Origin: Balanoglossus misakiensis
Lineage: Eukaryota > Animalia > Hemichordata
Length of the DNA stretch: 64,000 bases
Direction of reading: 5' to 3'
NCBI GenBank assembly: GCA_040954595.2
Contig: CM082581.2
Span: 5,510,699 to 5,574,698, forward strand
This document shows positions 26,564 to 40,740 of the stretch, piece after piece (the stretch's first letter is position 1; each line of letters opens with the position of its first letter). The notes beneath the pieces were generated by a model. That model made no database searches. It had not been told where the DNA came from and was given only the letters and a program-made list of their open reading frames with translations. A program made the position numbers and the translations under genes.

Positions 26564-29454
26564 TTTCAATATATATTCCAAAAATCGACAACCAATGCAA
26601 AAGTTTAATAGGCAAGACAAGTTCATCAATATCAAAAATGCGCATAATGAGCGCCGTGTGACAAGTTGGTAAACCAACATGGCGCCATTTGCGATCCGTT
26701 TTTTTTTTCGCAATCATTCTTGTCGAATGGGAATTTTATGAAGCGAATATTGTGTTCGGAAGTGTAGTCTAATATAACATCGTTTCTGGATGTAATGGAA
26801 ACTGTTTCCGCAAATACTGTAAGGTGTGTGACGTATGTCTGCTATATTATCATGCTATGCGTTTTCTATACGTGGTACTTGTTTGCCGCTAATTCGTCAA
26901 GCCAACTTTCTCATCAAGTTGCTAATTTGAACCATACAATAGCTGTCCTACGCTGACGCCAAAATGCCTCCTTGAGGAGACGTGACAACTGCGCCTCGTG
27001 GATACACTTGAAAGAAAGAAATGGTTATGTCAACCTACAGAAGCTTCCCGAGTCAAGTTACCGAGAAATATGTCGAATATTTGCATGGACCTAACTGCCC
27101 CTATGCCCACGCCAACCCGTGCTCACCTAAAATCGTCGTTATCCAATACCAGACAGGTCCAAAGGTTAGATTCCGTCATTTACTTCATGCAAATCAACAT
27201 TCAGACGATTGTCAGGGGAAGATTAGCGTTTACATTAACGTATTTGACAGCCTGTGGTTTGCGTCTATTTCTATATATACCTTATAATCGAGATGCATTT
27301 GACGTTTAATCGAAAGGAGAATCTTAATAATGCCAGTCACCCTGAGGACATGGAAGTGGAAGAACATCGATCTATCAATCTGGCCTTCCTTGTTTTACAT
27401 TGTTTCCTGGTAATTGCGGATCATCATTGCAAATCATTAAAATTGCATATTAAACACAAAATCACAAAGAATGACAAAAATAAATTTCCGCGTCTGGTTT
27501 TCACTGTTACAACCAAGATATACCGACTACATCGTAATTGCAACATCAATAGATCGAACCTCACGCTAGTGACAGGAAAGCTTGCCTTCCAGCGCGAAAA
27601 ACATTGCCATTTTTTATCAGAATATTTTTGTTTCATTAGTGTAACAAGAATGCACGTAACAATTTCTGCTGATGATGCGCAGTCTAGTATTGCTATTGGT
27701 TATCTCAGTACTTCTCAGACAGCCCTCCAGCTTCTAATAATGTTAAATTTTCGGGGGCATTTTACGTCATATACACGGAACCTGTTTGAAAGCATTCACG
27801 TCGAACAATATTAGATTTTCATAAATTGAAGTTTGATAGTCAATAACGTGTAAGTGGTTACCACGGATCACTATATACGATGCAGTTTGAACCACGGTCA
27901 GAAAAGGCAGAGTTTTACAGTCGCGTCACGACTTCCTTCAGTCCAATCGTCGGACACTGGAAGAAGACACAGCCGACAGGAATGCACGAAATTACTGTTT
28001 CAAATCGGGGTTATTTATTTTACTGCGGTCACGTGTTGAATTCGTATAGTGCTACCGTGTTGGTGTTATACCGCAGACTCGGACCTATTCCAATTTTTTA
28101 ACTTTCACAAAACCACACAATATCCGCGTTAAACAAATCAGAGGACGATTTATGTAAGTTAGTGTTTTATTTATGGTTAGCATGTGGTGGCAGGGCGATA
28201 CATTTTCAACTGCCCGTCATAAATTAGCAGAAACTCGCATTCTACACGCGGAGAACGCCAGACGTTCTGCCTCGAGGATCGCCGGGGTCATATTAAATGA
28301 CATAACTGGAAGTGGCGTTAATAAAATGCATATCGTGTAGCATTCGGTCAGACTCACGCAGAGCGAAACGTTCAATTCATTTTATTATATACCGATATTC
28401 CTATATCCTGTGCCTACAACAAGTTTCTATCAGGGTATATTATCGTCTAGTGGTGTGCCACAAAAGTTTTGCTCGTCACAAGATGGTCGTGAATTCAGAA
28501 TGGATAGGTTTTATTCCACGATTTAATGTCCTGTTAAGAAAACTGTTTATCTGAACATATTTAACAACTCTCCAGATGCATTTTGTACTTTGCGATATAC
28601 TTTTTTTCTACGGGGCAACCTCGAAGATGTACAATAGAATTAACAATTATTGAATTTTGGTCAATTAATCAAATCAGACACGGCACGTTGGTTGCACCAC
28701 AGTAGTATTAGCCCCATACTTGGGCAATTCAAGAATGTACTGTACTGTATGTACTGTTTAAATTTCCTTCTTATCCCTGGATTTTCGCTCATCCAAAGAA
28801 ATGCTCACAGAAGTTTACTCTTTTGATGTAGTGATTATAAAATGCAGGAAGAATGAATCGGTGTGAAACAAAATGGGATTGTGATATGTAACCGCTTCTC
28901 CTTCCCGTGACTCAATTATGCAATCTCATTTAACCTCGCCAGTGTGTTGGATTATCTTTTATGTGTCTTGTCAACAATAAAAAAGAACACAAAATTTGAT
29001 CGCCTCTTTTGATCAGCCCAGAACACGTGTTTGAGATTCAGTTGCAATGACCCGTACGGCATATGCCTTTGAAACGCAACGTATGATGTAACTAGGGAAC
29101 ATTCAACTTTGAAAGGGACACAACTTGTTATATTCACCGACCTGCGATTGATCACAAAGATCTTGAAGCGGAATGCTCCAATGATGTACCTGTCAGGGTT
29201 GTGGACCAAGGTTCACCGTTGTCAGACGCGCGCATACTATAACTGAAGAAAAAAACATCCGCGGTATTTAAAAGAAAAAAAAAACGTAAACAAATTTGTC
29301 ATTTATCTCATAGGTCAGGGTTTCCACTGCAAATAGCCATATTTTACGACAGGAAAACAGTGATTCTTGAGATTGTATATATCCATGTCAGCCGGTTGAT
29401 GTTTTTCTTTGTTTCTGACCCAAAAGATGGTTTTCGAGGGAGTTCCTTCTGTAT

Positions 29455-29553
29455 TAGCCCTGCATACAGGTCTGTGTGTTCTCGGCGTTACACGGCCTCT
29501 TCCACACGGTGGAGGCCCAGTAACGCCGGCACACCGACCTGTACGCAGGGCCA
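29455..29553. mobile_element. Miniature foldback element, AcademH-type (TAG terminus, degenerate 9-bp TSD)
   Basis: gccctgcatacaggtc / gacctgtacgcagggc is a 15/16 inverted match. Inner arms gtgtg/cacac, cggcgttac/gtaacgccg and ggcct/aggcc. Termini TAG...CCA (CTA expected). Flanks cttctgtat (29446-29454) and cttatttat (29554-29562) match 7/9. Confidence 0.65.
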
Positions 29554-30958
29554 CTTATTTATTTACATTCGTACCTGCCAAGTAACTAGTAAACCCAGCA
29601 CAGTACACTGAATATATTGAAGCCATTTCAACATTATGGTATGCGATTTGAGGTCTGAACTAGTTGAGTCACAGGACCCAAATTCGGCCCGAGAACGGTG
29701 TGTTAAGACACGCCTGCACAGTTTCTTGGGCCACTAAAATTATATCTCCTCGCAAAGCTATTAAAGCCAAACGTTAATGGCGGTCTAACTTTCAAGCTAC
29801 ATTATTATACCAGTAGGGGATTGTATATGTAATAACTATGAAATATCAAACGTTTACAACGCTGCGAGACTCCGATGACGTCTAATAAAAAATGAAATCG
29901 TTTAGTTTTTGGAATTCAGAGGGGAAATCGAAAAAAAAAGGATTCACAAAGTTCTCCGTGTTGGCATGTGCAACAGCTTAAACCCAAGAGGCTGTATGGT
30001 GGTGGAGTACATTTACAAGATATCATTGACCTATTGCCACGCGTCCACTTGAAAAAAGTCAACACATATGCCAAAGACATGTTCCTCGTTACCGTCGCAA
30101 CGCTTCTCTGAATTTAAAATGTGGGTGGGAAGATTACTGTACCTTTGAAACGCTGGAAGCAATTGGAGACGGCGGATCCAGAGTGACCACTTTTTGTCGT
30201 GCGTTCCTGAAAGTTCGCGTTGCTTTTATTCCGTTTGTGGTTCCGGTGGTATCATAGTGGATGTCATCCGGACAAACCAAATTAAAGGCCTTTCATGGCC
30301 ACAGGACGTCGATACCTTGACATTGCACTCATCTATGACATAATAAACGCACTAAAACGTGGTCCGCAGTGATCTCTGAACGACAAGAACAAACCATTAG
30401 CTCGAGATATCCATTCCGGATGACCAAGCGTTTTGGCCGTCTTTGGCTAAGCTGATATATCGACGTCTATTAACTCGACCAGCGCGGTCTCTTCCCCTAG
30501 CTGCGTCCTACGTCACGGAGATCCTGCCTTTAATGTTTTATTGGCGGGTGGATAGGGAGTCACTACCCTGCCACTGTGTGTCTATAAACCCACCACAAAG
30601 GACCGTTAAACTTACAAATTGTTCACTGTGTACTAGCGCTATTGAGTCGGCATAGTTGTTTCCGTTGACTAACTGCAGCCTAGTTACAACAATGGCCCTA
30701 GATACGTGTGGTGTCCGTCCATTGTCATCTCTGTGGGGGCCGTAATGTAATCAAAACGAGACCGGTCTCGTGAGTTCACTCAAGCATTTGCTTTGTGTCT
30801 GTATAATACAGTGATTTTCGCTAGCCATGCCGTTTAGGCGCTGTCGTTTATCCCATTGTTAATGGACGTCGAAGTCAAAAAGACGAACGTCTTGATATGA
30901 TTGGAAGACTGGTGACCAAGTCTAGCCTTTGTTGAAGAACTTGAGAAATCAATGGCAT

Positions 30959-31168
30959 GGTCATGACAGTCGCTTTCAAATCCATATATCACCCGTGCCA
31001 CGTACTTTTCAGATCGTCACGAAAATTATTGCTTGAGTCAAGCAATTGGGACGCTAATGAGTTGGTCATTGTTGCTGCTTTCAAAACCATATGCCGTCCA
31101 TTTCAAGCCCTGTCCAATTCTCCACGAAGAGATATCACTCTTAAATGAGAATGGCGTTTTAAAAGAGA
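30959..31168. repeat. Diverged tandem duplication, 105-bp period
   Basis: ggtcat..gctttcaaa.ccatat..(30 nt)..cacgaa aligns without gaps at 30959 and 31064; many of the differences are transitions. Confidence 0.6.
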
Positions 31169-34100
31169 TCTCTAAATGTATAATACGCAAATCACTGAGA
31201 GATAATTTGACAGCGTTTTGACATTTTAAATCCTAGTGGGAGACAGTCCCAATATGCCACGGATCAGCGCCATCTGTCCGCTGCAGACGTCCTCAACCTT
31301 GCAAGGTAAAGTTTATCCCGGGTTAAGGTCTTTCTATACAAAAATAGGTTTGAGATGCCCTCGCGAGATTTTGCGAGATTATCCTTCATTTCCGTCTGTC
31401 TGTCTGTCATCATATCAGTCGAACCGTGCTTGAACTAATGTGCTGCGAATTGCGAGGGTTTCGTCAGAGAAACGAATGCCTGGTAAACGAATAGGGCTCT
31501 CGTTTTGTTTAAAATCCAATTTACAGATCTAATCGAAATGCGATCAAAAAATAAAACGCACTTAGGAAAATGAAATATTAGTGGATTCACGATGGATTTC
31601 GTTTGGCGGGGATTTATCAGTGAAATGATTGTTGACTCAGTTTAATGTGTATCGTTACCTGTCATCTTTGGTCTTATAATTAAAATGAGTGATGATCGAA
31701 TCCTATGTAAAGAACTACGCATGCGCGATTCGATATTCCTAAGTCTAGTTAAATGTCTAAAACGCCATCATAGGATTTTTTTCCTCAATGACCAAGGAGA
31801 TCAGTATGTCATAGAACCCAGACACATTGAAGTTGAACAAGCTACACCGAGAAAAGCAGTTCTCCCCATTGGACCACAGAGTAAGTTAAACTTATAGTTA
31901 CAATGACGTGCAAAAATTATCCAGTTATAATTGGAAATAACTTGCAATATCGGCAAAATTCTCAGTGCATTTGTGATGTAACACGAACGCATCGCCAGCT
32001 ACTCTCTGTGTCGTATATATACCAATTTGTTTTAGCCCGTTTTATTGGATATATTTGAAACGTTAATATTGTCATCATCTGTGCCACCCCGTCATTCACT
32101 AAATCTTATTAGGCCAACCAAATATATAACAGGAAAATTGGATTCACCATGACGCTAAAAATAGAGATGCCACCAGATGTTTGTTACGTGAAGGTCTGGG
32201 ATTTTCGGAAGGTCATTTATATAAGCGAAATATCAATATTGATTATCTGTCTCGTGTAAAACGCTAGTGCAGTCATCACAACGCGCGACGTCATAATTAT
32301 TCCGTATGACGGATATCTGCGTCATCTTGCTCACTGAAGCATGTCTAATTTTGATCTCGGAACATTGTTGTCACCTTGTTGGCGCGCGACAAAACAATGG
32401 CGGTGTAATTCCACCGATGGCGGCGTAACAACAATGGCGCGACGTAAGTTTAACGTCCTGGTGTCCGTTATATGAATACAGGTTTATTGCCGTTCTCCCA
32501 AGACATGGTAATACATACGTATCAGTCAGTGGAATGACACCCCACAACAGCAAACAAAGCAAAATAAAACAAATAACAATTGTTTAATTTTTTGTGAGCT
32601 GACGATCCAGTGACACGGTGGTGACGACGGACAGCAGCATGAGCTAGCCAAGAGACCAATTCTTACAGCAGGAACCCCCGAATATCCGTTCTGTCATTTT
32701 ACCTAAAAACATTGGGCCGTGTATATATACGCTTCAGTTGTTCTCAAGTCTAGTATAATAGTATCTGCCACAGTCAGAATGTTGAATGCGTTGACTTCTT
32801 ATGTGATATGGTGACCCTCCACCGTTGGGGTCGTCTTGGATCAGTGCTCTCTCTCTCGTTGGCTTGTGACTGTAGCCATAAATGATGGAACGCGCCTGTG
32901 TGATGATGAGTACAGATGCGTGACGATTTGGTTTCACTGAACTCTGCAAACCGCGAGGCGTCAGCAAAAGACGAGGGTTCATGTATTTATAGAGTGCCGT
33001 TACATCTTCGACGGCATCTGAATCTCTTGTGAGACACCGACGAACAAAATAGTTATCGCGGCGCAATAAACTGACCGTGACGTATGTCCTCCTGTGATTT
33101 CGGTTCACCCATCTGTCCGCATCAATCTTGATTATTTGTTAGTAGTGATACAGCAGTGGTTTAATAACTGTGAGTCTAAAAGGTGAGTCGGCGAGATAAG
33201 CGGGAAACTTGGGATAATGTTTAAACAAATAGGACCATTTCATTGTTTGTAGTGGTTATCAGCAGCGAACGCATTGTGTATACAGTCAAAGGAACTAATA
33301 TGGCACAGTCATTCAGATAGAACAACTTGAGTTTTGAAGTCCTGTGAAATGTGCGTCAGCAGTTATTTCGTTATTTCCGGGAAAAAAAACAATTGACGAA
33401 TTGAATTCAACTACATGTACATGTACTCATATGCATTCACGAAAAAACTGGACCATTTAAATTACTCAGTTGAAATCATTAACTCTTTACCGTTGCATGC
33501 TGAATCTCCTTCGACTACAGTGCTAAGTTACTAAGCAATTATTTAATCGATTATGTGGTCTATACACATTACATACAGGACCCGTCAAACGTGGTGATCA
33601 GCACGTATATAAGCCGATAAGAATGCACTATAAGTGGGAATGTTTCGATAACACCCATTCTTCGATGAAACAGAAACACTTTTTACTCAGCCGTGGGGCT
33701 AGATTTCTACACGCTCTACGATTGGTTGATTCGTAGCCACGTGGTGGATGAATGGACCGGGTCATTCAGAGAAACCCGTGCCCCATGCTGTATGCATCAG
33801 ATATTGCTTGGTGGCATCAAATCAGCGGCCAGTTTTCCTGTCGTCGAATCAGTGTACGCGATTCTCTGCATGTGCTGGCCACTTCACATAAGCCCCCTTA
33901 GCTGCTTGACTATTTTAAAATGACAACTCCACAAATTTCAAAAACTCAACAGCAAATCGGCCCCCCGGGGGAGTACTGTACATCAGCGATAAACTGAACG
34001 CCAGCCGACGGTTTAAACGTCGAAAATTGCGAGATCACTGAGCATCGCCCTCGGAAGGCTCCTAACGATAACGTCGGCTCCGCTCTGCTGGGCACAATTG

Positions 34101-37100
34101 TTAAGTATATACTAATCGTACCCTGCACAAACTAGGCACAAAACCGAAGCAATTTAAAGTGCATTTAGAAGCTGGCATTATTCGGCAAAGGTTGATAAAA
34201 TGTACTCTAAGTGGCCTCTCCAGGCCAGCCAGCAATATTAAGACAAATCGCCCCTTTTGTGACACTGTCTTCTAACGGATTCTAATTTTTAACATTCGAT
34301 ATCTTTCGGGGCAAAAATATCACGCGTTCGTCACAGGTCACGACCTCGTCCAGGAACAATATTAAACAAGATTAATTCCGCAGACCATCAACATGTGCAG
34401 CAATACTTTAAAAAACATGAATAAGGTCTGGAATTCGCTGACCGGTTTTGACTCCAATCATTCGTTATATTGTCGCGGAGGTATTTTGGGCGTTCTGACA
34501 CGACTGAACTGCAAGAGGCAATTCTAAAAAGCTGCCAAAGAAATGATATTTTAAAACGGAAACTCAAAACGTTCACTGACACACTCAGTTATTTACCATG
34601 TTCATATCCTCATGCCTGAATATTGTCCACACTCGAAATATAATATCGAATTCAAACTAGTCGCGGAATGTGTTTACGAGTCACAAATATGAAATTGTGG
34701 AAATGTTAAAAAGCAATTACACAAATGCAATCAATACTAGTAAGGTGAACTGCTTCACTATACAATGGTAAGATCGCCAAACTATGACAAACTGTTGTCC
34801 CTGCCTCTCACCGGTTTTCTAGCTAGTCAAACGGAAAATTACCTGCTGTTCATGGTGGAAAAGTAAAGGCATGGAAACTGGGGGATTTATGGGACTAAAT
34901 CCTTTCAGATGCATTACGAGTCCTAATCAATATTAGTAATGTTACAATACCCTCGACGATATGATTATCTTAAATTTGAATACATCTATCCCAGAACCCC
35001 CCAATCCGTTGCCACACTACAGGATGCAACGACGCGCTCAAATGCAGCCGATAATCGCTTCTGCTGCTGCACTTAGATTCTGAATATGAATGTGCGTAGC
35101 TGAAATGCTGCGACCGAAACTAAGGGAAATGCACAATCCCTGCGCAAGAGAAAACCCCATTTCAACATAATTGTCGTACCCAAAGTGGCATTCACCAATC
35201 GAGTAAATACGACGTTTTCCTGTCGCAGAATCTACAAAGGGAACAATACACCTCTCGGTGTCCTAGCAGAGTTGAAATGGAAACCAGGAATGAATTTTTA
35301 AATGCGGAGAAAATCTTGTGTGGGGTGAAGACTAACGGAGGGGGATTTTCAGTGATTGCGAAAGCATCGCAAGAAACGGGAAGGCACATATACGTCACAA
35401 TAAAGCTTGAATGGATGTATCACCCCTAAATCGTATTTTTTGAAACAATCTCTGACATGTTACCGATATTATAAAGATGTGCCGTTTATGAAGTCCCGGC
35501 AATTCGATCGCCTTGGTCTATATAGTAATCGGTGTTTTGTTGTTGTGTGTTTTGGTGGGGGGGGGTTATAAAAAGCTAAATATTTTTATGTGTTTAAGGA
35601 GTGTCGGGCTTAATATTTTTGTTACTTGTTTATTAATACTCCCCTATGCTGTATATTTAATGCTTATTTCATATCATTAGCCATTGAAATTGTTATACAT
35701 GTAGTTTCAGCAGAGATTAAAATGATGACGTATGACCACCTCCCGGCCGCAAATCCATCAAACCGTTAAGTTAATTTCCAAAAGGATGGATTTCAATTGA
35801 TTGACTTGTTTCGGAAATTATTATTATAGTGCCGATCCCCTGGGTTTGTTCATATACCAGTGGAAATACTTTAAATAATTCATTGTCACTTCTAATTCTA
35901 TTTCTAATTTAAATCGACCCAGTATACATGACGGCCGGTCAAAGCACTTTTATTTAAAACAAATTGCCATATTAGTTACCGGTATTCCCAACGCCCCGAG
36001 GAATGTTGTTTTAAAAATTAAACACGTTGAAGTAATTTAGCGCCAGATTCTATTACGCTCCGTCCATCAACAAGAATTGGCATATGAATGTTATTGCGTT
36101 TAGCTCTAGCGCCAATTATATGCTGTATGCTGTGTGTTGTTCGAATTTTTCTTTATTTGGTACTGACTAATAATAGCACCAGAGATAAAGGAAAACATTA
36201 CTGGTAATAATTGATGCGATCGGAAAGGCTTGAGTACAGTTGTCTGAGTCGAACTGCATGGTTACTATTGAATTATTCAAAATTCCTACAAGTATTTCGA
36301 TATGATGACCCCTGATTAGCCTAGAGGTGAAAATTAATGCCCTTCTGATCGAGAAATAGTCATGAGTTCATTGGTGTTTCATTTGTGCGCAGATACTGTT
36401 TTTCAATCCACTCAATTTTCGCGGGAATGCAACTACACATATTCTTGGGTTGTTCGGCCACCAGCATAATCATGTTTTCACTATCGGCCGTCACAAAATA
36501 AAAATAATTATTCGTACAGTCACGTATATATACGTCAAGAAGGACGTCTGAAAAGATATAAGACAATTACGCTTTTGTTTGTGATCACAAATAACTTCCA
36601 ATTAGAGCCAGACTAGCAATATTGAAAACCACACCTGAATTCACATACTTATAAGACGTAGGATTATGATATTTGTCCTAAGCTGTGGTTGCAGTTCTTA
36701 AATACTTAGCTTGGGATCTTTGGATCTTATAATACATAGTCTCTTAAAAGGGTCCACCCAGCGATTAATAAAATGATAGCAATGTGAAGGACGTTGCTTC
36801 TGCGGAGATACCTGGCTATGATCACGTCATGATTCGATGGATATTCATTTTGATTTCTGGGTTTGATAGGACGTGAATTATAGGCAAGGCAGCAGAAAGA
36901 AAGGCAATATCGCAAAACATTAATTTTGTTATCTGTCAGATACGTTGTACGTGGACCATAAGAGATGCCCAACTCCGAGGCATGTTTTCTGAAGGGATAG
37001 AATGAAATGCTAATATACACTGTAGTTCCTTTGTAAGCAATACTCGGCGGGCTTTATGCTAATTGGCCGTCAAAATGTCAGCAATGTAGTGAGACGGATT

Positions 37101-38801
37101 TCGAAAGGAATTAATGGGGGCGTTGTTACCACATCTTCAATTCGAGAAACGATAATAGTTTGAGTGTTGTCTACTCAAAGAAGTACGACAGGGCAGGAAC
37201 ATCACGTTCCAAGACTTAAATAAAGTTTGACGCAGATGCTTGCTTTGAGCAACAGCCATTCCCTGAAGGTAAACAGTCTGGAAAAAATGCCAGGCTGCCA
37301 GTCGTTGCGTATTTTCCTTTGGCGTAACGTTTGTCGTCGCAAATAAACAGCTGACAAATACCTGCTTCATGACGTAATTATGTGACAATGCGGCCATGTC
37401 GAATTTTAAACGCGGATTAATCTGCTGTCTTTAACCCAATGTACATGTATGCTCTAAAAGATAATCATCAAAATAACTTAAAGCGTGTTTTATATCGAGT
37501 AGGTTATGGACCTAACAACGCTAGTGATATCACCCGATTGCATCAACTCGATTGGTTATTCCATCCTCGGGTCATTAAGGTCAAGCATTTATCCTTGTAC
37601 AACGTAAGAGGTATTAGCCATAACTTTAAAAACAAATCTCCGAACACCGGATTTTCCCGCACGACACATGTGCAGTGTTACTGCCTAATAACGTGTTTTA
37701 CAAAGTGTTAACCGTCACGGTGATAAATAAACCGTGAGCGGGTCTATTAATGTTCACAAGCCATCTCCATTCTTTCACTGAAGACAACATGAGGGCGGAA
37801 CGTCAAGAATTTATTATGCGAAAGGTTCGACGCCCGGGTCTGTTTCACTCAACGCTGCCGACTTTCTCCGTGTCTTTCCTTCCCCTTTTCTTCGTACAGT
37901 CTACATGCACGCCGTCGTTTCAATTCTGTTATGGCCGCACTTTCAGAATAAATTGCCCTATCTGGAGGCGGTATCTCTGTATTAATATAAAACTTCATGA
38001 AAGTCGAAGTAAACGTCAGTGCTAACCAAGAGAAACAACTCGATAACATCTGACGTTTCATCCACATTTCAAGTTATACGTCCGAATTATCGAACATTTA
38101 TCATAATTTATGACGGCAAGGGGAACCATCTCCGGGCCATAATCATAACCATCACATTTATCCGCCATTAATCTGACGTCATACTTCACTGAAAGAGTAA
38201 GTGCACTCTACGCCGAAAGTAGAGCATTTCAATGGATAAAACACCGGTAACCGTATATATATATGCCTATACCTTGACGCGCCGACACATCAGAAAACGA
38301 CGTGCGCTTGAATACGCTGACAGTGAAAGCCGATTACTGAATAAATAAGACAGTCACGCAAAACACGGCACTGATTCCAAGAACGAGGTTATTTGATCCA
38401 GGTATGGAGGGGATGAAATTGTTTGACGGGGTTGAATTCGTGCGGCTTTATAACGAACAAGTCGACCGTCACACTAACGTTTAAATTCACAATATGGGTC
38501 TTTGATTACAGATTCTTCTAAATATACAAGCATTCGCAGTATCTCTCATTTTGCATCTTCACACTGCACATGTATAGCACAGGTGTTAGGCTGCCTGCGA
38601 TTATGAAATTTAGACTAAATGATTACTGACCGTGACAAACAAGATGTTTTGGTGCCTATTTTTTCAAATACTGTGAAAAGTATAATCCAATTCCCGATTA
38701 CCGCGTAGCCTACAGTGTTTTTTCTTCTAATTGCCGAGGAAAAATGTGTTAAATGCCACTGCAGTCCGTTTACCTTTTGCGGCTGGCGTGTTTAAGACTG
38801 T

Positions 38802-38872
38802 GCATTGGTATTTTGGCACTGGCGGTGAACGTCAGTGGTTGGATACACCAGCTGGTGTTCAAATTTCATTGT
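38802..38872 (+). ncRNA. Candidate pre-miRNA-like hairpin with miR-96-family seed (TTGGCAC)
   Basis: 5' arm tttggcactggcggtgaacgtc (from 38812) pairs with gatacaccagctggtgttcaaa (about 19 pairs with G-U and bulges), plus a weak lower stem. The loop is short and the 3' arm is itself palindromic. Confidence 0.2.
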
Positions 38873-40237
38873 CTCAATAAAACGTTCCCATGAGATGCCG
38901 CATGCTTCATGTTTTCCCCTCGTCTTCTCTAACGAGTTTATCAACCGTCATTCTACCGTTGAGCACACTGTATATAATCTTTTACGTGGTATATTGAATA
39001 CAGGTGTATCACACAGTCTCGGGCGGGCGGTGACAGAACGATCGTTCCAGACTCAAGGCAGGTCAATATAGTGTACGTTGTGGTTATTTTACCAGTGATA
39101 TTTTTGAACTTTCTATATATATAATCCGGCAGATGTGCAATTTATTATATGATCTTTCTTTTTCAACACTCATGGATCTGCAAGCCCCCCCCCCTCGTGA
39201 AAAAGCCAGTTCTACCATGGTTTACATGTAATTGACGAGTCGTATGACGTTTTAAAAAACAAAGGAAACAACTGCATGTAGACTTGAACTCTAGGAAGAA
39301 ATACCATTAGTTTATAGAAAGAAAATTGCAAACCGAACTTGATTTCGGTTCAAAATTCGGATCATGACCAATCGTGCCGTTGGAAGCGTTTGTATTCCAA
39401 ATGAGTTTCTTATATGCAAACGAACTTTTAGTTCCCATTACATGTGCTATATTATAATTCAAATTCCACATAAAAGAAGGGACTTTCTTGATAATTTGTA
39501 ACGAGCAAACATTATCCGCATTTTAAATCGGTAAGACGTTCTAACGTTGAAAAAGTAGGCCTATTTGCATTTTGCCTCGTCTGTCAAAACCTTTGAAAAA
39601 AAGATATTTCATAGATGAATATCGGTATCACATCAAGTTTGCAATGCCATATCTGCTTTCAATATCTGGGTTACTAATCTAGTCTCGTGACAGATGGCAA
39701 TTAATAACGAATCATAATGTGATATCATGTACATTTGACTTCGCCAAGACATGTGATAGCATCAATTACAAATTATTACTCCATAAGTTGATATCGTTTC
39801 GTGTCTGCAGGATGTTTGCCTCAAATAAGGTTTGATTCGTCACCCTCTCGCTTCGGGTGCTGCAGACTGGTTGTCTCGCCTTGGCCCTCTTTTGTTTATT
39901 ATTTTCGTCAATGGCATTACGATATTGAGGAATGGACAAATGTAATAAGGACACGGTCGCTTTACCGTGGCATTCATGAATTGAACTTGGATGTGACAAT
40001 ACGTTGTATGTCGGTAGGATATCTAAAAATTTCAATAGGGAGGCCTAGTGAAGTAAATGTTATTTTCACATTCAACACTTATTGCTCAATAGTCTTTTAT
40101 TCTTTCACTTGTTGAACTGTTCTGAAATAACGAAGTTCTGACAACGTGTGGACGAGTTATTTCTAATTCAACATGACAACACGGATATCACGTGGCGCGG
40201 TTAAGTATTACGATTGTGTTGTATGGCAAATGACGTA

Positions 40238-40740
40238 TTCGGCGAAATGGCGGCGGGCGGAAACCGCCGAAAATGGCAATTTCCTTCGACTTTGTGAACA
40301 CCGAAATGGCCGTGCCCGATTTGTGTAATTGGCGCGCTCAGCTGCCTCGGAGTTATGACTCAGTCCGGTAACCATAGTGACCGGTTGGTGTCACAGAGCG
40401 CATTCTGGTCATGATGAGGAGACCAAAAGCATGCGTGTGGTCTGAAAGGAGTGATGTATCGCTGTCGTTCAAATTTCTTGCTTTAATTCACTCTGACTCT
40501 GAGTCCGTTATTCGCGGAATCGACAAGTGTGAAATGCGATGACGCAGAACAGACCGGTCCTGACATCATGACACGACTTTTTTTCTCTACATATCGCATC
40601 ACACAGAAAACCAATCAGCGCGTCTCGAAAGAGCGCCTCTTCAACATAGCGTCATTTTTGGTCAAATAACACTGGCTCAAAATTGAATGATTTAACATCA
40701 ACCAACCGACATCATCTGTGCACTATAGCCAATGACATGT
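40238..40740. promoter_or_regulatory. Promoter/enhancer-like motif cluster
   Basis: GC/CpG-rich. Three AAATGGC (YY1-like) motifs at about 40245-40311, AP-1 TGACTCA (40356), RFX X-box-like GTAACCATAGTGAC (40368-40381), and two CCAAT boxes (about 40611 and 40729). Confidence 0.3.

Noticed and set aside
27254-27814. Longest ORF in the track (186 aa)
   Set aside because: No recognisable domain, AT-rich random-like composition and no splice support.
29190-29242. Cadherin-like ASDNGEP motif
   Set aside because: Spacing from Tyr is wrong, and no LDRE/DxND motifs or neighbouring cadherin exons are present.
30902-31045. miR-7-like (tggaagactggtga) and miR-137-like (ttattgcttgag) partial matches
   Set aside because: Only 5' portions match and there is no precursor-length hairpin.
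37769-37810. Minimal hammerhead-like CTGAAGA...GGAACGTC with attctt/aagaat stem
   Set aside because: GAAA core mutated, stem II does not pair and stem I is offset by 3 nt; at best a decayed remnant.
7512-38858. Several 14-16-bp palindromes (7512, 23495, 30756, 38845)
   Set aside because: Number is about what is expected by chance in 64 kb.
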